Below are positions 17,437-20,000 of a stretch of 20,000 nt of DNA, one piece after another; positions within the stretch are counted from its first letter, which is position 1, and each line of letters begins with the position of its first letter. The stretch is from positions 47,949 to 67,948 of IMG/VR virus record IMGVR_UViG_3300035422_000248, one strand, 5' to 3'. The DNA is from an uncultured virus (IMG/VR IMGVR_UViG_3300035422_000248). Its lineage: Duplodnaviria > Heunggongvirae > Uroviricota > Caudoviricetes. The position numbers were made by a program, and so were the translations under genes. The notes beneath the pieces were generated by a model. The model was not told the origin of the DNA and did not search any database. It worked only from the letters and a program-made list of their open reading frames with translations.

Positions 17437-17877
17437 ATGGCAAAAGGTAAGAAAACAGGTGGGCGTCAAAAGGGTACGCCCAACAAGGAAAACCCTCTAA
17501 AAGGGTATCTTCGCGCTCATAGCCTTGCATACTTTGAGGCGCGAGTGCAGACTGACCCAATAACAGGTGGAGCGCGTGAGATACAGCGACAACGCCTCGT
17601 TTACGATAGTGAGACCGGCAACGTCTGCAAGGTCATTGACTTAATACCGCTCACTGACTATAAATCCGGGCAACCGCTTACAATCTCCGACTTTGAAGCA
17701 GATATGATCGCTCTAAGTCCTAACGAGCGCGTCAATGCCGAGCTGCGCCTGCTTGAGTTCCACACTCCGAAGATGAAAGCCGTTGAGGTTGATATGGATA
17801 TGCGTGCCACAACAGTCACCATTGAGGACCGTCTGCGCGAACTCTGCGGAGAAGATGACGAGGAAGATGATGACTGA
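17437..17877 (+). CDS. Phage protein resembling a terminase small subunit (146 aa)
   Basis: The preferred start is ATG 17437, because the track's TTG 17410 lies inside the promoter box. The N-terminal MAKGKKTGGRQKGTPNK motif is common in small-terminase-like phage proteins. It is followed by a helical core (LSPNERVNAELRLLEFHTPK) and an acidic tail. The function is inferred. Confidence 0.7.
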   Translation: MAKGKKTGGRQKGTPNKENPLKGYLRAHSLAYFEARVQTDPITGGAREIQRQRLVYDSETGNVCKVIDLIPLTDYKSGQPLTISDFEADMIALSPNERVNAELRLLEFHTPKMKAVEVDMDMRATTVTIEDRLRELCGEDDEEDDD

Positions 17878-17977
17878 CGCACCCCGGCTCTTTCTATTTC
17901 ATCTACTTTTAGACACAACCAAGCCTCAACCGGACATCCAACCATCGCACTTTTGAAATGTGTTTTTCATAAACCGA

Positions 17978-18007
17978 AAGCGAACCGTCCGCGAGGATAG
18001 TTCGCTT
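17978..18007. terminator. Stem-loop, probable (possibly bidirectional) terminator between convergent transcripts
   Basis: AAGCGAACCGTCC-GCGA-GGATAGTTCGCTT forms a 13-bp stem with one mismatch and one G-U pair and a GNRA loop. It lies 100 nt after the TerS-like stop. The U-tract is weak on both strands. Confidence 0.6.
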
Positions 18008-18034
18008 AATCTATCTTCCGACACCCGATTTTCA

Positions 18035-18155
18035 CAAACCTAAATCTAACCGAAACTAAACCAAAATAAAACCAAACACAAACCAAAACGTAACCAAACT
18101 ATAACCTATGCTTTCTACTGATAACGTCATTCCAAAAACCAAAAACTAACCAAAG
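18035..18155 (+). repeat. Degenerate AACC(A/G/T)AA short repeats in an A/C-rich, G-poor tract
   Basis: aaacctaaa, taaccgaaa, aaaccaaaa, aaaccaaac, aaaccaaaa, taaccaaac, taacctatg recur at about 11-bp spacing, with further copies near 18137 and 18147. Confidence 0.75.
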
Positions 18156-18215
18156 TGATACCTTCACGCGTGCGCGCGGGAAATTCCTTTATGGAATTCC
18201 TCTATGGATTAGGAC

Positions 18216-18284
18216 GTATATATTAAGTCGAATATATACTACGGATATAGGATAAGGAAGAAAAATATAAGTCCATATTTTTCT
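18216..18284. repeat. Two perfect inverted repeats sharing an AAGTC(G/C) loop
   Basis: GTATATATT-AAGTCG-AATATATAC (18216-18239) and AGAAAAATAT-AAGTCC-ATATTTTTCT (18259-18284). Confidence 0.85.
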
Positions 18285-18424
18285 ATGGAGTAGGAAATGG
18301 AATAGGGTTCGCTTCGCTCCGACAACGCCGACATTAAAAAATTTTGGAATTAAATTTTTTCTTTCTTTTGGCTGACGCTCGTAAACTCTGCGGAGCAGGA
18401 AAGAGAAAAAGAAAAAAAGTTGCG

Positions 18425-18477
18425 CGCAAAAAAGAAAAAGAGAAACGCCCGGCTCTGCGATGAAACAAAGTCGGGCG
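18425..18477 (-). terminator. Rho-independent terminator of the integrase gene
   Basis: On the - strand, CGCCCGACTTTG-loop-CAGAGCCGGGCG (18477-18446) is followed by TTTCTCTTTTTCTTTTTT. It begins about 30 nt after the integrase stop. Confidence 0.7.
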
Positions 18478-18506
18478 AAAAAGATTTAAGGGGGCCGCGC
18501 GAATTT

Positions 18507-20000
18507 TCAGAAGCCTTTGCCTTTCGTGTGTTCATATACCACCTCGCGGTCGGTGTCAACATTCTTGATGCGGAACTGGACTGCACACCCAGTCGGTATC
18601 GTGTCGGGAAACTGCTTTGCAAGTCGCTCTATGACTTCGCCAACGGTGCCGAAGCCTATGTCGCTGACCTCTGCAATAACCTCCCCACGGAAATAGGCAC
18701 GTGCATAGACCATGTACTTGGGTGACAATCTGAATAACTTGTCTTGTGGCTCTTCAAGGTCTCTCGCATTGCCCTGCTTCCCTTTCTCGGTGGAGAAGAA
18801 GATAAAGTCAATCACTTTGGCGTTCAACACCCAGGCCGGAGTGAAATCAATCTTGATGTAACCGCGAGTAATCGTGTGTCCGTGGCTGTGGTTCATGCCG
18901 AAAGCAACCTCGGCTATGGACGCTTCGCAATCATTCTGCGCGATTGTTCCCCATGTGTGTCTGAACGTATAGACGCAATACCACTTCTCTTTGGGAATGT
19001 TCATTGACCTGCACACCTGCCGGATGCCGTTGTTCACATTCGCTCCGAAAGAGTCAAAGTCGCAGTACCGCTTGTGGAAATTCAGCAGGTAAGGGTCATC
19101 CTCATCGGCGAGATACTTCTTGATGATCGGCTCGATGATTGGCTCAACTCGCATTTCGATGTATGCGTCATCACGCCTGCTCTTGCGCGTCTTGGCTCGC
19201 TTGTAGCCAATCACGCCGTCATGATAATTCTCTTTCTTCAACTCGTAGATGTCGGCGGTGTTCATCCCTGCGAGACACAACACCAACATAGCCACGTCTC
19301 GCCCCAGTTCGGGCAGTGGGTCAATCATTCGCGTTGCAGGGAGAGGAGCCGCAAAGAACGCACGGCACTCTTCGGGCGAGATTGCAATCTTCTCCGACCG
19401 GTCCGCAGGTGGTATCTTCACCTTGCCCCACGGATTAGTCTTGATACGGATAATGCCGTTATCGTAGTCGTTGAACTCCGCAATGGCAGCTCTGAACACC
19501 TGCCTCATGCACACAGGGTACATCTCCTTTGCCCGGCGCGTCTGCTCCAATGACTTTATCCACCTGCCCACCTGCATGGAGGTGAGCTGCCCGAACATGA
19601 TGCGGTTCGTGCCAAAGAAACGCTCCATGTGTTGAAGAGCCAGTTTGTAGTTGCGCGAAGTCCGCTCTTGGTTGTTATCAATCAAGCGGTCAATGTGGGT
19701 ACGCGCATAGTCGCTGAAACAAATATCCTCATCGCCATTCTTCAGGAACTCCACCACCTCCGCAACCGACCACTTGCTGATGTCCTTCTTGTTCAGCCGA
19801 TCGTTGAACGCCATGATGCGCTCCGTGCAATAGTTCAGCACAAAAGGGTCTTTGATTTCGCCCTGCTTGTTGAGTTCCTTTCTCGTTACCATCTTATCGG
19901 TCTTGATATATCCGTGTCTCTTATGGTGGCTGACCCGGATATAGACCTGCATAAATCCGTCAGTGCGGACTCCGCGAACAGTTGCTTTGAATGTTGCCAT
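18507..20000 (-). CDS. int: Tyrosine recombinase/phage integrase, Bacteroidetes type (497 aa)
   Basis: N-terminal arm-binding-like beta domain (VYIRVSHHKRHGYIKT), SAM-like core-binding region (RTSRNYKLAL...TNPW) and a catalytic domain with LAGMNTADI, YKRAKT, YTFRHTW, GMNHS and the nucleophile candidate ITRGY. Confidence 0.93.
   Translation of the reverse strand: MATFKATVRGVRTDGFMQVYIRVSHHKRHGYIKTDKMVTRKELNKQGEIKDPFVLNYCTERIMAFNDRLNKKDISKWSVAEVVEFLKNGDEDICFSDYARTHIDRLIDNNQERTSRNYKLALQHMERFFGTNRIMFGQLTSMQVGRWIKSLEQTRRAKEMYPVCMRQVFRAAIAEFNDYDNGIIRIKTNPWGKVKIPPADRSEKIAISPEECRAFFAAPLPATRMIDPLPELGRDVAMLVLCLAGMNTADIYELKKENYHDGVIGYKRAKTRKSRRDDAYIEMRVEPIIEPIIKKYLADEDDPYLLNFHKRYCDFDSFGANVNNGIRQVCRSMNIPKEKWYCVYTFRHTWGTIAQNDCEASIAEVAFGMNHSHGHTITRGYIKIDFTPAWVLNAKVIDFIFFSTEKGKQGNARDLEEPQDKLFRLSPKYMVYARAYFRGEVIAEVSDIGFGTVGEVIERLAKQFPDTIPTGCAVQFRIKNVDTDREVVYEHTKGKGF

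Larger units (their letters stand above)
1..20000. mobile_element. Temperate phage/prophage segment, probably Bacteroidales host (integrase, TerS-like gene, ejection-protein operon, giant polyvalent protein)
   Basis: Gene content is phage-like throughout and I see no host housekeeping gene. A tyrosine integrase sits at the right end. The promoter motif TATCTTTG matches the Bacteroidetes sigma-A -7 consensus TAnnTTTG. No att site was identified and the element boundaries are not visible. Confidence 0.85.

Noticed and set aside
18030..18300. Possible CRISPR array or tRNA/att site in the intergenic gap
   Set aside because: The repeats are short and degenerate with no unique 30-40-bp spacers, and there is no cloverleaf. 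An att core cannot be identified without the other prophage end.
18350..19553. ORFs 18350-18622 (-), 18420-18725 (+), 18744-19007 (+), 19074-19553 (+), 19249-19467 (+), and 17658-17945 (-) nearby
   Set aside because: They overlap the integrase, its terminator or the TerS-like gene in other frames or strands and have low-complexity or shadow composition.

Overview
This window is one segment of a temperate phage or prophage, probably from a Bacteroidales host: it has a TAnnTTTG promoter box, no Shine-Dalgarno motifs and a Bacteroidetes-type tyrosine integrase. Reading right to left, it carries an integrase (18507-20000, -), a ~630-bp AT-rich gap full of repeats and hairpins, and a small + strand gene resembling a terminase small subunit (17437-17877). 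A divergent - strand operon follows, with 163-aa, 422-aa and 1133-aa genes that look like podovirus-style ejection (internal virion) proteins. The dominant feature is missing from the ORF track because its stop lies outside the window: a - strand frame open from 12173 to the left edge (>=4057 codons). It encodes a DarB-like polyvalent protein with, in order, DdrB/ParB-like, inorganic pyrophosphatase-like, N6-adenine methyltransferase, SNF2-type helicase, unknown globular and zincin metallopeptidase domains. It joins the 1133-aa ORF at a TGATG stop/start overlap that may be a frameshift in a single >5,100-aa gene. Inside the giant gene I also see a likely overprinted 70-aa gene, several sliding-clamp-binding-like motifs and a 47-bp direct repeat flanking an in-frame module. 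All domain calls come from motifs translated by hand; no database searches were run.
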